Shown: positions 9,135 to 20,393, counted from the stretch's first letter. The stretch: 39,321 nucleotides of DNA from a virus (IMGVR_UViG_3300025635_000061:1-39321); one strand, 5' to 3'. Notes: generated from the letters alone by a model not told the origin. Made by a program: numbers and translations.

Positions 9135-12100
9135 TAAACAGATACTATTAAGTGGTAGAGCAGTAACAACAAATGCCGCAAGTGTACCGGCAGATCGTTA
9201 CTCATTTCTACATCTTAGTGATGCAGAACCTAACCTAGGTACAGCAAGTGCCAACGGTTGGGTATTAGTCTATGATACTTCAACACCAGGGAATCGTCTT
9301 TGGTCTAAGAATCTTATCACGGCATATGACCATGCTAACTCTGCATACGGTTCGCAAAACACTACAGGTGTTTATGCTAACGCTGCGTTCCTACAAGCAA
9401 ACTCTGCATACGGTTCACAAAACGTAACTGGTACATATGCGAACAATGCATACTTGCACGCTAACTCTGCATATGGTTCACAGAATACAACAGGTACGTA
9501 TGCTAATGCTGCGTTTCTAAAAGCTAACTCTGCGTATGCAAGTCAGAACACAACAGGTACGTATGCTAATGCTGCATATGCACAAGCAAACTCAGCCTCT
9601 TTATATGCTAACGGTGCATTTGTTCAAGCGAATGCTGCATATGGTTCACAGAATACAACTGGCACATATGCTAATTCCGCTTTCGTAAAAGCCAATAGTG
9701 CGTATGCGTCACAAAATGTAACAGGCACTTATGCGAACAATGCATACGATCAAGCGAATTCAGCAGCAGCTTATGCTAATTCTGCTTTCTTAAAAGCAAA
9801 TTCCGCATATGATTCACAAAACACAACAGGTGTTTATGCAAACTCTGCTTTCTTAAAAGCAAACGCTGCGTATGATTCACAAAACACAACAGGTGTCTAT
9901 GCTAACGCTGCATATGCACAAGCAAATTCTGCATCGTTATATGCGAATGGTGCTTTTGTACAAGCTAATGCTGCGTATGATTCACAAAATACAACGGGTG
10001 TCTACGCAAACTCAGCATTTCTAAAAGCGAATAGTGCATACGCACAAGCAAACTCTGCAAGTCTCTATGCAAACGGTGCATTTGTTCAGGCTAACTCTGC
10101 GTATGATTCACAAAATACAACGGGTGTCTACGCAAACTCAGCATTCCTAAAAGCAAATTCTGCGTATGCACAAGCAAACTCTGCATCGTTATATGCGAAT
10201 GGTGCTTTCATTGAAGCAAACTCGGCATACGATTCTCAAAACACTACAGGTGTTTATGCTAATGCTGCATACGCACAAGCAAATTCTGCAAGTCTCTATG
10301 CAAACGGTGCTTTCATTGAAGCAAATTCTGCATATGAAAGTCAAAACACAACTGGTGTCTATGCTAACGCTGCATATGCACAAGCGAACTCTGCGTCCTT
10401 GTATGCCAACGGTGCGTTTATTCAAGCGAATGCTGCATACGGTTCACAGAACACAACTGGTGTCTATGCTAACGCTGCGTATGCACAAGCGAATTCAGCA
10501 TCCTTGTATGCAAATGGTGCTTTCGTTCAGGCAAATGCTGCATTTATAAAAGCAAACTCTGCATACGAATCACAGAATACAACTGGCGAATATGCCAACG
10601 CAGCATTCTTAAAAGCAAATTCTGCATATGCAAGTCAGAATGTAACTGGAACTTATGCGAACAATGCTTATGTACGTGCAAACAATTCACTTAATGCAAA
10701 TACTGGTGGTTTAATTACTGGTAATGTTACTATTCAAGGTAACTTGTCTATTACTGGTAACATATATGCACTCGGAAATACTTTCTTTGTAGATGCTGGA
10801 ACACTTGTTGCAAGTGATACGTTATTAGTTTTAGGTATAAACAACTACACTACTGACATTTTAGATATTGGTTTTGCAGGTCACTATAACAATGGAACTA
10901 ATGCACATACTGGTCTAATACGTGATGCTGGAACAAAAGAATGGCATCTGTTCAAAGAATACACACCAGACATTGCTGCAAATAATAACATTAATGTTGA
11001 TGATCCATCGTTTGTAATTGACACACTTAATGCAAATCTACATTCTGAATATGTTCGAGTTCGTGGTGTTGAGATTGGATACTATGCAAACGCATCATTC
11101 CTACAAGCAAATACTGCGTATGCATCACAAAACGTAACAGGTACTTATGCAAACAACGCATACGATCAAGCAAACTCTGCTGCATTGTATGCTAACTCTG
11201 CGTTTGTAGAAGCAAACTCTGCATACGCAAGTCAAAATACAACTGGCGTTTATGCTAATGCTGCGTATGCACAAGCGAACTCTGCATCTCTGTATGCGAA
11301 TGGTGCATTTGTTCAAGCGAATGCTGCATTTATTAAGGCAAACGCTGCATACGCAAGTCAGAATGTAACAGGAACATATGCGAACAATGCATACCTACAT
11401 GCAAACTCCGGTTTCATTCATGCTAATGCTGCATTTGAAACGATAAACAATTTTTCAGTAGTTGCTAATACTACTAATACAACTGTAATTGCAGTCAACG
11501 ATCATGCAAACGCAGCATTCCTAAAAGCAAACGCTGCATACGCAAGTCAAAACACAACTGGTGTTTATGCTAACGCTGCATACGATCAAGCAAACTCTGC
11601 TGCGATATATGCCAACGGTGCTTTCATTGCTGCAAATACGGCAGACAGTAAAGCGGTTAGTGCAGGACTTTATGCGAACGGCGCATTTGTTCAAGCCAAT
11701 GCTGCATATGACCAAGCAAACTCTGCTGCCTTATATGCGAATGGTGCTTTTGTACAATCTAATGCTGCGTTCCTAAAAGCGAACTCTGCGTATGCAAGTC
11801 AGAACGTAACTGGTGTATATGCAAATAGTTCATATTCACAAGCAAATTCTGCTGCACTTTATGCTAACGGTGCGTTCATACAAGCGAATGCTGCATATGA
11901 AGTTGCAAATTCTGCTGCACAGTCTCCATATGCAAACGCAGCATTCTTAAAAGCAAACGCTGCATATGCACAAGCAAACTCTGCAAGTCTTTACGCCAAT
12001 GGTGCTTTTGTACAATCTAACGCTGCATACGATCAAGCAAACTCTGCTGCGATATATGCTAACGGTGCGTTCATACAAGCCAACGCTGTATTTGATGTCG

Positions 12101-14232
12101 CAAACTCGGCAGCACTTTATGCTAACGGTGCATTTGTACAATCAAATGCTGCATACAGTTCACAGAATACTACTGGCGTTTATGCAAATGCTGCTTATAG
12201 TCAGGCAAACTCTGCTGCGTTGTATGCGAATGGTTCGTTCGTACAATCAAACGCTGCATTTGATGTTGCGAATTCTGCTGCCTTATATGCCAACGGTTCT
12301 TTCGTACAAGCAAATGCTGCGTATGGTTCACAAAATGTAACAGGTACATATGCCAATGCTGCGTTTGCTCATGCGAATGCTGCATTTAATGTTGCAAACA
12401 ATTCTATTGACACGTATGTTCGTGCTCATGCAAATGCATCATACAATACTGCAAACGCAGCATTTGCTAAGGCAAACGCAGCAGTATTCACTATTACTGC
12501 AAACTCGTATGAGATTTATACGAACACATCAACTGGAAACATACAAATCGGTCTTGCAAATGTAAACGCAAGTATCGGTACGTTTGGTGGTGCTACTGCA
12601 ATTCCAGTTATTAATGTTGATGGTTACGGTCGTGTACAGTCAGTTTCTAACACCACGATTTCTGTTCCTCCTGGGACATATATTTTCCCGAACACCGATC
12701 AACTTACAACAAATTCAAATTTCGGTAACGTAAGAATTGGATTGGCTAATGTTAATTTTAACATTGGTACATATGGTGGTTCATCCGTTATTCCAACAAT
12801 TACAACCGACGGTTATGGTCGTGTTATTAGTATCGCTAACACAACTGTTAGTATACCATCAGGGACGAATATTGTCAATAGCAGTTTCATTACTGCCAAC
12901 TCTCCAACTGGTAATGTTGCATTATCTTTGGCAACTTCGGGTGTAACTTCAGGAACATATGGTGGATCAACTGTTCTTCCTGTATTTACCGTAGATGAGT
13001 ATGGTCGTGTAACAAGTGCATCTAATACTGCGGCAACCGTTGCGTTGGCTGCATTGGGTACGATTATTAGAAATTCGTATACCGCAACTGCTGCACAAAC
13101 CGCATTTAATACTACAACATCATTCATAGAAGGATATGCTGATGTTTATGTAAACGGAATTAAGTTAAGTCCTGCTGATTATACAGCTAATCCAGCTGGA
13201 AGCATTAACATATTAAATCCGACACTACTAGATGGTGACGTAGTTGATATTCAAACTGCAACGACATATGTTGTCGATGCAAATACAAGATATGAAAAAG
13301 TTACATTTACTGCGACAGCAGGACAAACATCATTCGCTACAGTCTATACTCCAGGTAATGTAAACGTATATCTAAACGGTTTACGTTTAAAAGAAACTAA
13401 TGACTTTGTTGCACTTGATGGGACATCTGTAACATTAACAGTTGCATGTGAAGTAAGTGATATAGTTGAGGTTGAAAAAATAGGTACATTGTATACCTAC
13501 CTCGATAACTTATATCTCGCAACAAGATACGCAACAACAGCAGTATCAAATGGTCAGACTACATTTACTGTAACTGGTGGATACAAGATTGGTTTTGTTG
13601 ATGTATACTTAAACGGTATTAAACTAAACATTCCAGCTGACGTACTTGCAAGTGATGGTTCAACTATCGTAATGCAATCAGCAATTGTTGAAACTGGTGA
13701 CATCATTGAAGTTATTGGTATTGGTCCAGAGTTCACTCCTGCTAATGCAGTATCAATACGTGGTGGTACAATTTATGGTTCGTTGAATGTTTGGAACAAT
13801 GTATCAGTTAATAACGCAATCACAACTAACACATTATTTGTAACTTCAAATGTGGTAGCAAATGCAGTCAATGTTGCAACCGTTTACTTCAACGACGGTA
13901 CGCAAATGATTACTGCTGCGTCTGGTTCAGGCACAGGAATAACTTGGAAGATAATTAGTGCAAACACTACTGCAAATACGACAGAAGGTTTCCTTGTAGA
14001 TACAACTACTGCAAATGTTTATATTACTTTAAATTCATCTCCTAGTCTTGGAAATACTGCTCGCATTGTAGACATGGCAGGAAACTTTGCGATAAATAAC
14101 TGTATCATCAAAGGAAATGGCAACAAGGTTATGGGAAGTACAAGTGATCTAGTCATTTCATCAAATAACGCTGGCATCGGTCTAGTGTACAGTAATGCAA
14201 CTTACGGTTGGAGAATAATTGAGAACCCATAA
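9127..14232 (+). CDS. Very long fibre protein with Ala/Asn heptad stalk
   Basis: 1701 aa. Two blocks of xANxAxx/SQNxTGx heptads, 3x GT(Y/F)GG..P...D.YGRV repeats, 3x GQT.F...V(Y).NG.(K/R)L modules, and a C-terminal gp34-repeat-like domain (GFLVDTT..ITL..P..G...D..G.F..N...GW). Confidence 0.8.
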   Translation: MRNKQILLSGRAVTTNAASVPADRYSFLHLSDAEPNLGTASANGWVLVYDTSTPGNRLWSKNLITAYDHANSAYGSQNTTGVYANAAFLQANSAYGSQNVTGTYANNAYLHANSAYGSQNTTGTYANAAFLKANSAYASQNTTGTYANAAYAQANSASLYANGAFVQANAAYGSQNTTGTYANSAFVKANSAYASQNVTGTYANNAYDQANSAAAYANSAFLKANSAYDSQNTTGVYANSAFLKANAAYDSQNTTGVYANAAYAQANSASLYANGAFVQANAAYDSQNTTGVYANSAFLKANSAYAQANSASLYANGAFVQANSAYDSQNTTGVYANSAFLKANSAYAQANSASLYANGAFIEANSAYDSQNTTGVYANAAYAQANSASLYANGAFIEANSAYESQNTTGVYANAAYAQANSASLYANGAFIQANAAYGSQNTTGVYANAAYAQANSASLYANGAFVQANAAFIKANSAYESQNTTGEYANAAFLKANSAYASQNVTGTYANNAYVRANNSLNANTGGLITGNVTIQGNLSITGNIYALGNTFFVDAGTLVASDTLLVLGINNYTTDILDIGFAGHYNNGTNAHTGLIRDAGTKEWHLFKEYTPDIAANNNINVDDPSFVIDTLNANLHSEYVRVRGVEIGYYANASFLQANTAYASQNVTGTYANNAYDQANSAALYANSAFVEANSAYASQNTTGVYANAAYAQANSASLYANGAFVQANAAFIKANAAYASQNVTGTYANNAYLHANSGFIHANAAFETINNFSVVANTTNTTVIAVNDHANAAFLKANAAYASQNTTGVYANAAYDQANSAAIYANGAFIAANTADSKAVSAGLYANGAFVQANAAYDQANSAALYANGAFVQSNAAFLKANSAYASQNVTGVYANSSYSQANSAALYANGAFIQANAAYEVANSAAQSPYANAAFLKANAAYAQANSASLYANGAFVQSNAAYDQANSAAIYANGAFIQANAVFDVANSAALYANGAFVQSNAAYSSQNTTGVYANAAYSQANSAALYANGSFVQSNAAFDVANSAALYANGSFVQANAAYGSQNVTGTYANAAFAHANAAFNVANNSIDTYVRAHANASYNTANAAFAKANAAVFTITANSYEIYTNTSTGNIQIGLANVNASIGTFGGATAIPVINVDGYGRVQSVSNTTISVPPGTYIFPNTDQLTTNSNFGNVRIGLANVNFNIGTYGGSSVIPTITTDGYGRVISIANTTVSIPSGTNIVNSSFITANSPTGNVALSLATSGVTSGTYGGSTVLPVFTVDEYGRVTSASNTAATVALAALGTIIRNSYTATAAQTAFNTTTSFIEGYADVYVNGIKLSPADYTANPAGSINILNPTLLDGDVVDIQTATTYVVDANTRYEKVTFTATAGQTSFATVYTPGNVNVYLNGLRLKETNDFVALDGTSVTLTVACEVSDIVEVEKIGTLYTYLDNLYLATRYATTAVSNGQTTFTVTGGYKIGFVDVYLNGIKLNIPADVLASDGSTIVMQSAIVETGDIIEVIGIGPEFTPANAVSIRGGTIYGSLNVWNNVSVNNAITTNTLFVTSNVVANAVNVATVYFNDGTQMITAASGSGTGITWKIISANTTANTTEGFLVDTTTANVYITLNSSPSLGNTARIVDMAGNFAINNCIIKGNGNKVMGSTSDLVISSNNAGIGLVYSNATYGWRIIENP
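9322..10686 (+). repeat. Coding 21-nt (heptad) tandem repeat block 1, ~65 units
   Basis: YANAAFL|QANSAYG|SQNVTGT|YANNAYL... A 49-bp exact repeat occurs at 9971-10019 and 10097-10145 (offset 126 nt = 6 heptads). Confidence 0.9.
11080..12483 (+). repeat. Coding heptad repeat block 2, ~65 units with a few interruptions
   Basis: The same heptad vocabulary resumes after a ~130-aa globular insert. Confidence 0.85.
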
Positions 14233-17200
14233 TGGCTGATTTAAGAGACTATACAAAAAATAATCAAATATTTGCTGGAACAGATGGTATCAGATTACCA
14301 TCAGGTAACAGCGCACAAAGAGTTGCATCAGCAAATGTTGCGGGTACTATGCGTTACAATACCGACATTGCTGGTATGGAATTATACACTCCAACTGGAT
14401 GGCTTCCTATTGCAGCACCTCCAAGTATAGCTACAGTATCTCCTTCAACATATAGTGGTGCATCTGGAACAGAATTTACTATTAATGGATCGAATTTTAC
14501 TTCCGATGCACAAGTTTATTTTGTAACATCTAACGGTACAGCAATTTTAGCTTCAACTGTAACTTATTATAGTTCAGTACAAGTTCGTGCAACAACACCT
14601 CGTGCAATTAAAGTTGAAGAAGAACCAATTAGTGTTCGTGTTGTTCAGCAATCTGGTACTGTAACAAAACTAGATTGTATTGATGCAGGTGGTGTACCAA
14701 ACTGGATTACTACGGCAGGAACACTTGGAAGTATCTTTGGTGCAAATACAGTTAATGTATATGTGTCTGCGACAGATCCAGAAGGTACTGCAATAACATA
14801 TCAAATATCATCAGGTTCATTACCAGGTGGTTTAAACTTCTCTACAGCAAACGGATTGATTCAAGGTGTTGCAAATTCAGTCTTAGCAAACACAACGTAC
14901 AACTTTACAATTAAAGCAAACGATACAGTAAACAATAATACTGATAGAACATTCAGTTATACTGTATTGAATCGAGCTCCAGTAATTAATACTGCGGCAG
15001 GAAGTCTAGGAACAATCTATTCTGGAAATGCAGCTTCGGCATCAATCTCTGCTTACGATCCAGACGGTGGAAGTTTAACATATACTGTTTCTTCTGGAAC
15101 ATTACCAGTTAATAGTTCGTTAGGAAGTGCAAACGGTGTCATTACTGGAACACCTGTTGTTGTAACTACGAATACAACATATAGTTTCACTATCACAAGT
15201 ACCGATCAAGGTAGTTTAACTGCATCAAATAATTACACTTATACTGTATTAAATCGTCCACCATTATGGAATACGAATCCAACATTAACATCATATAGTG
15301 CAGAAACATTCACACCGATTACTGTTAATGCATATGATCCTGATGGTGGAAGTATAACTTATTCATTGTCATCTGGATCTGTTCCAAGTGGTTTATCGTT
15401 TGTTACTGCTAATGCGACTATTACTGGAACACCTGCTGAAGTTACAGATAATACAACAAGTACATTTGCTGTTACTGCTACTGACCCTGGAGCAGATGCT
15501 AACGTAAGAACATTTAGTTTAACAATTACTCCAATTATTGATGCACAGTTTTCTAACACAATGTTATTAATACATGGTAGTGCGAATACTGTAATTAAAG
15601 ATGAATCATCAAATAGTTTACCATTAATTGTTGTTGCTGATGCACGAGGAAGTAATTTTAGTCCATTTAATACTTCTTGGGGTAATTACTTTGATGGATC
15701 TAGTTATATAACTGCACCTAATAATACTGCATTACAATTAAGCACAAGCGTTAGTTGGTGTTTAGAAGCTTGGATATATCCAACTTCACTTTCCAATACT
15801 GATAACGGATTGATGGCTAAACGTATAACCGGAAGTGTAGAATGGCAATTCGCAATAAAAGGTACTGGTGTAGCTACCTATAATAGTCAGCTTTACATAT
15901 ACAACGGTACTACCACTTATTATAGTGGAACAACTATACCTGGATTAAATGTTTGGACGCATGTTGCTGCAACATGGGATGGCACAACATTACGATTTTT
16001 TATAAACGGTGTTTTGTGTTCTACTACAACTACTTCTTTTTCTTTGCCAGCTTCAAGCACTAATACCGTAGGTATTGGAGCAAACGGTAATACGGAAGGA
16101 TTTACTGGTTACATTAGTAATGCTCGTATTGTTAAAGGAAGTGCTGTATACACTTCATCCTTTACACCAAGTACAACACCTTTAACAGCAATAACAAACA
16201 CATCATTACTTACATGTCAAAATAATACATTTAAAGATAATAGTACAGCAAATTCTGGAACAGGATTTGGTATTACTCAAAGTGGATCACCACAAGTAGT
16301 AGGTTTTAGTCCATTTACAGAAACAGATACATCAACAGGTTCAATCTTTTTTGATGGAACTGGTGATTATATAAGTGGTCTACCGAGTAATATATTAGAC
16401 TTTACTTCAAGTGAAGAATTTTCTATCGAATTCTTTGCTTACTTTAATAGTGTACCAAGTAGTTTTGGTATGTTGGGACTTAATGCTGGTATTCAACAGG
16501 GTTATGCTATTGTTTATGGAACTGCTTCTGGATACCTATTGTCTGGTAAAACAGATGAAGTTGGTTCAGGATCTTTATTGTCAACTGGTTCAGGAGGAAC
16601 TTTATATCCATACAGATGGTATCACATTTGTTTTGCAAGACGTTCTGGTGTAATGTCAATTTATTTGGATGGTATACGTCTTGCAACTAGAAGTAGTGAC
16701 ACAACAACATATGCTAGTGGAGCAGCTACAATTGGTTATGCGGGACAAGCATCTGCAACTGCAATGACTGGTTATATGAGTAACATAAGAATTCTAACCG
16801 GTTCAAGTGCATACGATACTTCACAAACAACACTTACTGTTCCAACGGCACCGGTATCAAATGTTGCAAATACAAGATTATTAACTTTTCAGAATCGTCA
16901 ACCACATAACAATCATGGAATAATTGATAATTCACGCAATAAATTAATGATTACAAGGAATGGTAATGTATCACAAGGTACATTTACACCATTTAGTGCT
17001 GACCCTGGAAAGTGGAGTGTTTTCTTTAATGGAAGTAGTGGAGTAAGATTTGCAGACAACGCTGCATTTCAATTTGGAACAAGTGCATTTACGGTAGAAG
17101 GTTGGTTTAATGTTTCTACAATGCCATCAAATGATGCATCTATTATTTCAAAATGGGTAGTTGCAAATGATGGTAACAGTTCTTGGATGGTAGATTTTCA

Positions 17201-18902
17201 ATCAAGTAATCTAAGTGCAGCAATTTCAATTGGTGGTACTGTAACTAGAATTTCAGGAGCGGGTGGGGTTCCTTTGGGTGTTTGGAACCACTTCGCTTTA
17301 GTTCGTTCAGGATCACCTGGGACGTTATCATTGTTTATGAATGGTGCAAGAATTGCTACAGGAACACCAACAGGTTCTTTAGTTGATGATTCAAATCCAG
17401 TTGGATTAGGTGTTCGTGGTGGTACTGATGGTCAATATTTAACTGGTTCATTATCAAATATTCGTGTAATTAATGGTACTGCACTTTATGATCCAACATT
17501 AACAACATATACTGTTCCAACATCCACATTAGGAGTTGTAACAAATACCAAATTATTGACATGTCAAAACAATCAATTTATTGATAATTCGACTGCAAAC
17601 TCAAGTGCAGGATTTACTGCAACTGCTTTAAGTACACCATTTGTAAGACCGTTTTCTCCGTTTGCTCCAAACACGGTTTATACTACTGCAAATACCGGAG
17701 GTGGAGTATACTTTGATGGTACAGGAGATTATTTACTAACACCATCAGTATCGAATCTTGCGTTTAGAACTGGTCCATTTACCATGGAAGCTTGGCATTA
17801 TGGTACAACAACAAGTGGTGGTGGTCAGTTAGTAAGTTCAAGAACTGGATCAATTAATGATGCATCCACAATATCATTTTATATAACTGGTGGTAATTAT
17901 TCATTCTACGGTAATGGTAATCACGTTTCAGCTGCTTATGTTACAGGACAATGGAATCACGTAGTCTATACAAGAGATGCATCCAGCACTTTGAGATTAT
18001 TCATTAATGGAAAACTAGCAGCGTATGAAGCTTCATATACTCCGGATATTACTAAAACACAAGTTGGAATTGGATCATTACAAAGTGGTGGTGAGATAAT
18101 ACCTGCTTGTTGGGCTAGTGATGTTCGCCTAATAACTGGATCGATTCCTACGTCATATCAAACATCTAGCACTACAGTTGGTACTCAAGTGTTTACCCCA
18201 CCTACTGCACCATTAACAGTAACATCTCAAGGTGCTTTGGCAAATGCAGTTACCATGTTGTTAAACTTTACTGATGCTGCAATCATAGATTCAAGTGCAA
18301 AAAATATATTTGAAACTTCTGGTGATGCAAAATCAAATAACACTATAAGTAAGTTTAATGGTGGTTCAGCTTATCTTGACGGTAATGCAGATTATTTAAT
18401 TTTACCGGCAACGGCAGCATCTCCTCTTGGAACTGTTAATTTTACTTGGGAATGTTGGATTTATAGAAATGCAGTAACAGATTCAACTTATGCAGATGGA
18501 TTATGTTGTTCATCTGCTGGTATTACTGGTTTTGGTGCTGGTATTGATCCTAGTGGGTATATTGGATATGCTATATCAGCAACATCTGGTTCATGGGATA
18601 TTAGATTAGGTGTTGACCCAGGAAACCCTAAAGGTTCTATTGCAGTTCCATTAAGAACATGGACACACGTTGCATTGGTAAGAAATGGTAGTACGTTTAC
18701 TGGTTATGTTAATGGACAAGTAGATCAAACATTTACTAGTGCATCTGCAATAAGTAATTTAGGAAACTCGTATTATATTGGTCGTTGGCATGATGCAAAT
18801 ACACGTTACTTTAATGGACATATACAAGAGTTCCGTATAACAAGATCGGCACGTTATACAACAACATTTACACCACCGACTAGATCATTCCCTAATAGAT
18901 AA
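14232..18902 (+). CDS. Fibre-tip protein: GxxAQR joint, IPT/Ig-like domains and five LamG/concanavalin-A-like lectin domains
   Basis: LPSGNSAQR...G.MRYNT; SIATVSP...TINGSNF (IPT); 3x A.DP(E/D)G...Y..SSG..P (putative Ig); 5x F(D/N)G...(F/W)xxExW/F...W.H...(F/Y).(N/D)G...RI (LamG). Confidence 0.8.
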   Translation: MADLRDYTKNNQIFAGTDGIRLPSGNSAQRVASANVAGTMRYNTDIAGMELYTPTGWLPIAAPPSIATVSPSTYSGASGTEFTINGSNFTSDAQVYFVTSNGTAILASTVTYYSSVQVRATTPRAIKVEEEPISVRVVQQSGTVTKLDCIDAGGVPNWITTAGTLGSIFGANTVNVYVSATDPEGTAITYQISSGSLPGGLNFSTANGLIQGVANSVLANTTYNFTIKANDTVNNNTDRTFSYTVLNRAPVINTAAGSLGTIYSGNAASASISAYDPDGGSLTYTVSSGTLPVNSSLGSANGVITGTPVVVTTNTTYSFTITSTDQGSLTASNNYTYTVLNRPPLWNTNPTLTSYSAETFTPITVNAYDPDGGSITYSLSSGSVPSGLSFVTANATITGTPAEVTDNTTSTFAVTATDPGADANVRTFSLTITPIIDAQFSNTMLLIHGSANTVIKDESSNSLPLIVVADARGSNFSPFNTSWGNYFDGSSYITAPNNTALQLSTSVSWCLEAWIYPTSLSNTDNGLMAKRITGSVEWQFAIKGTGVATYNSQLYIYNGTTTYYSGTTIPGLNVWTHVAATWDGTTLRFFINGVLCSTTTTSFSLPASSTNTVGIGANGNTEGFTGYISNARIVKGSAVYTSSFTPSTTPLTAITNTSLLTCQNNTFKDNSTANSGTGFGITQSGSPQVVGFSPFTETDTSTGSIFFDGTGDYISGLPSNILDFTSSEEFSIEFFAYFNSVPSSFGMLGLNAGIQQGYAIVYGTASGYLLSGKTDEVGSGSLLSTGSGGTLYPYRWYHICFARRSGVMSIYLDGIRLATRSSDTTTYASGAATIGYAGQASATAMTGYMSNIRILTGSSAYDTSQTTLTVPTAPVSNVANTRLLTFQNRQPHNNHGIIDNSRNKLMITRNGNVSQGTFTPFSADPGKWSVFFNGSSGVRFADNAAFQFGTSAFTVEGWFNVSTMPSNDASIISKWVVANDGNSSWMVDFQSSNLSAAISIGGTVTRISGAGGVPLGVWNHFALVRSGSPGTLSLFMNGARIATGTPTGSLVDDSNPVGLGVRGGTDGQYLTGSLSNIRVINGTALYDPTLTTYTVPTSTLGVVTNTKLLTCQNNQFIDNSTANSSAGFTATALSTPFVRPFSPFAPNTVYTTANTGGGVYFDGTGDYLLTPSVSNLAFRTGPFTMEAWHYGTTTSGGGQLVSSRTGSINDASTISFYITGGNYSFYGNGNHVSAAYVTGQWNHVVYTRDASSTLRLFINGKLAAYEASYTPDITKTQVGIGSLQSGGEIIPACWASDVRLITGSIPTSYQTSSTTVGTQVFTPPTAPLTVTSQGALANAVTMLLNFTDAAIIDSSAKNIFETSGDAKSNNTISKFNGGSAYLDGNADYLILPATAASPLGTVNFTWECWIYRNAVTDSTYADGLCCSSAGITGFGAGIDPSGYIGYAISATSGSWDIRLGVDPGNPKGSIAVPLRTWTHVALVRNGSTFTGYVNGQVDQTFTSASAISNLGNSYYIGRWHDANTRYFNGHIQEFRITRSARYTTTFTPPTRSFPNR

Positions 18903-18905
18903 GAC

Positions 18906-20393
18906 ATGGCAACTACAAAATCATCTAATACGGTATTAAATATTAAGCAAGTACCTGCAGCATTTGTTCAGGCTAATGCTGCATACTCATCTGCAAACAA
19001 TGTAGCACCTCAGATTGAACCAGCATTTGGTAAAGCTAATTCTGCTGGACTTTATGCTAATGCATCTTTCTTACAAGCAAACGCAGCATTTGCTTCTGCC
19101 AACAATGTTGCACCTCAGATACAACCTGCATTTAGTACGGCAAACTCTGCTGCACTTTACGCTAACGCATCTTTTTTACAAGCAAATGCAGCATTCAATA
19201 GTGCAAACAACGTAGCACCTCAAATACAACCTGCATTTAGTACGGCAAACTCTGCTGCGCTGTATGCAAACGGTGCGTTTAGTACATCAAACTCTGCGGC
19301 ACTTTATGCTAACGCTGCTTTCATTGTTGCAAATGCACCATCCCATGTTGCAAACTCAGCAGCACTTTATGCTAATGGTGCGTTTGCAAAAGCTAATTCA
19401 GGTGTTCAGTATGATGCAAATAATACATCTACTGGATTTTTAACATTACCTATTGGTACACTTGCACAACGTCCAGCAAGTCCTGCTAAAGGATCAATGC
19501 GTTTCAACAGTAGTAATAATGTAGTAGAAGTTTATATGCCTTCTGCTGGTTGGGTTGTTGTTGCACAGGACACATTTATTTTAGAATATGTTGTGGTTGC
19601 AGGTGGTGGTGGCGGTGGTCAATGGGCAATGGGTGGCGGAGGAGGCGGTGGTGGTGTTGCTTATTCTAGTTCATTAAACACCCCAATAGGAGTCACGTAT
19701 ACTGTAACCGTTGGTGGTGGCGGAGGTGTTGGTAACCAATCTCCTAATGGACCTAATTCAACTCCTGGATCAAATTCATCAATTGTTGCTGCAGCAACAG
19801 GAACAAATATTGTTGCACTTGGTGGTGGTAACGGTGGGGGTGCGAATCAAAGTGCTGGACAACCTGGAGGTTCGGGTGGTGGTTCAAATGGCGGTGGAGT
19901 TGGAACTGGATTAGTAGGTCAAGGATATCCTGGAGGACTCCATAGTGGTAGTGGTGCTTGGGGTGGTGGAGGAGGTGGTGGTGGAGCTGCTGGAAGTGCT
20001 GCTACCGTTGGTGGTGGTCCAGGTGGTATTGGTATATTATATGCTGCATTTAGTTCATTTAGTCCTACTGGATATTGGTCAGGTGGTGGAGGTGGAGGAA
20101 CGCATAGTACAGGAACTACATCTACAGGAGGAACTGGCGGTGGTGGTGCAGGCGGAGCATATGATGTAAATGCACAAGCACCTTCTGGAGGAACGAATAC
20201 AGGTGGTGGCGGTGGTGGTGCAGGTGGTAAAACCGGAGTATATGGAGTTTCTGGTGGTGCAGGTGGTTCTGGTATAGTAGTTATTCGTTACTCAGGAACA
20301 ACACAAAGAGCTACTGGCGGAACGATTACCACTTCTGCTGGATATACGTATCATTTATTTACAGGTTCAGGAACATTCAATTTTACTGGTTAA
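18906..20393 (+). CDS. Fibre: heptad stalk, GTxAQRP joint and glycine-rich tip
   Basis: 3 tandem 35-aa ANNVAPQI.PAF units; LPIGTLAQRP..GSMRFNS; EYVVVAGGGGG...GGSGIVVIRY...YHLFTGSGTF. Confidence 0.75.
   Translation: MATTKSSNTVLNIKQVPAAFVQANAAYSSANNVAPQIEPAFGKANSAGLYANASFLQANAAFASANNVAPQIQPAFSTANSAALYANASFLQANAAFNSANNVAPQIQPAFSTANSAALYANGAFSTSNSAALYANAAFIVANAPSHVANSAALYANGAFAKANSGVQYDANNTSTGFLTLPIGTLAQRPASPAKGSMRFNSSNNVVEVYMPSAGWVVVAQDTFILEYVVVAGGGGGGQWAMGGGGGGGGVAYSSSLNTPIGVTYTVTVGGGGGVGNQSPNGPNSTPGSNSSIVAAATGTNIVALGGGNGGGANQSAGQPGGSGGGSNGGGVGTGLVGQGYPGGLHSGSGAWGGGGGGGGAAGSAATVGGGPGGIGILYAAFSSFSPTGYWSGGGGGGTHSTGTTSTGGTGGGGAGGAYDVNAQAPSGGTNTGGGGGGAGGKTGVYGVSGGAGGSGIVVIRYSGTTQRATGGTITTSAGYTYHLFTGSGTFNFTG

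Noticed and set aside
9322-12483. CRISPR array or non-coding repeat
   Set aside because: The repeats are in-frame, synonymously varied coding heptads with no unique spacers
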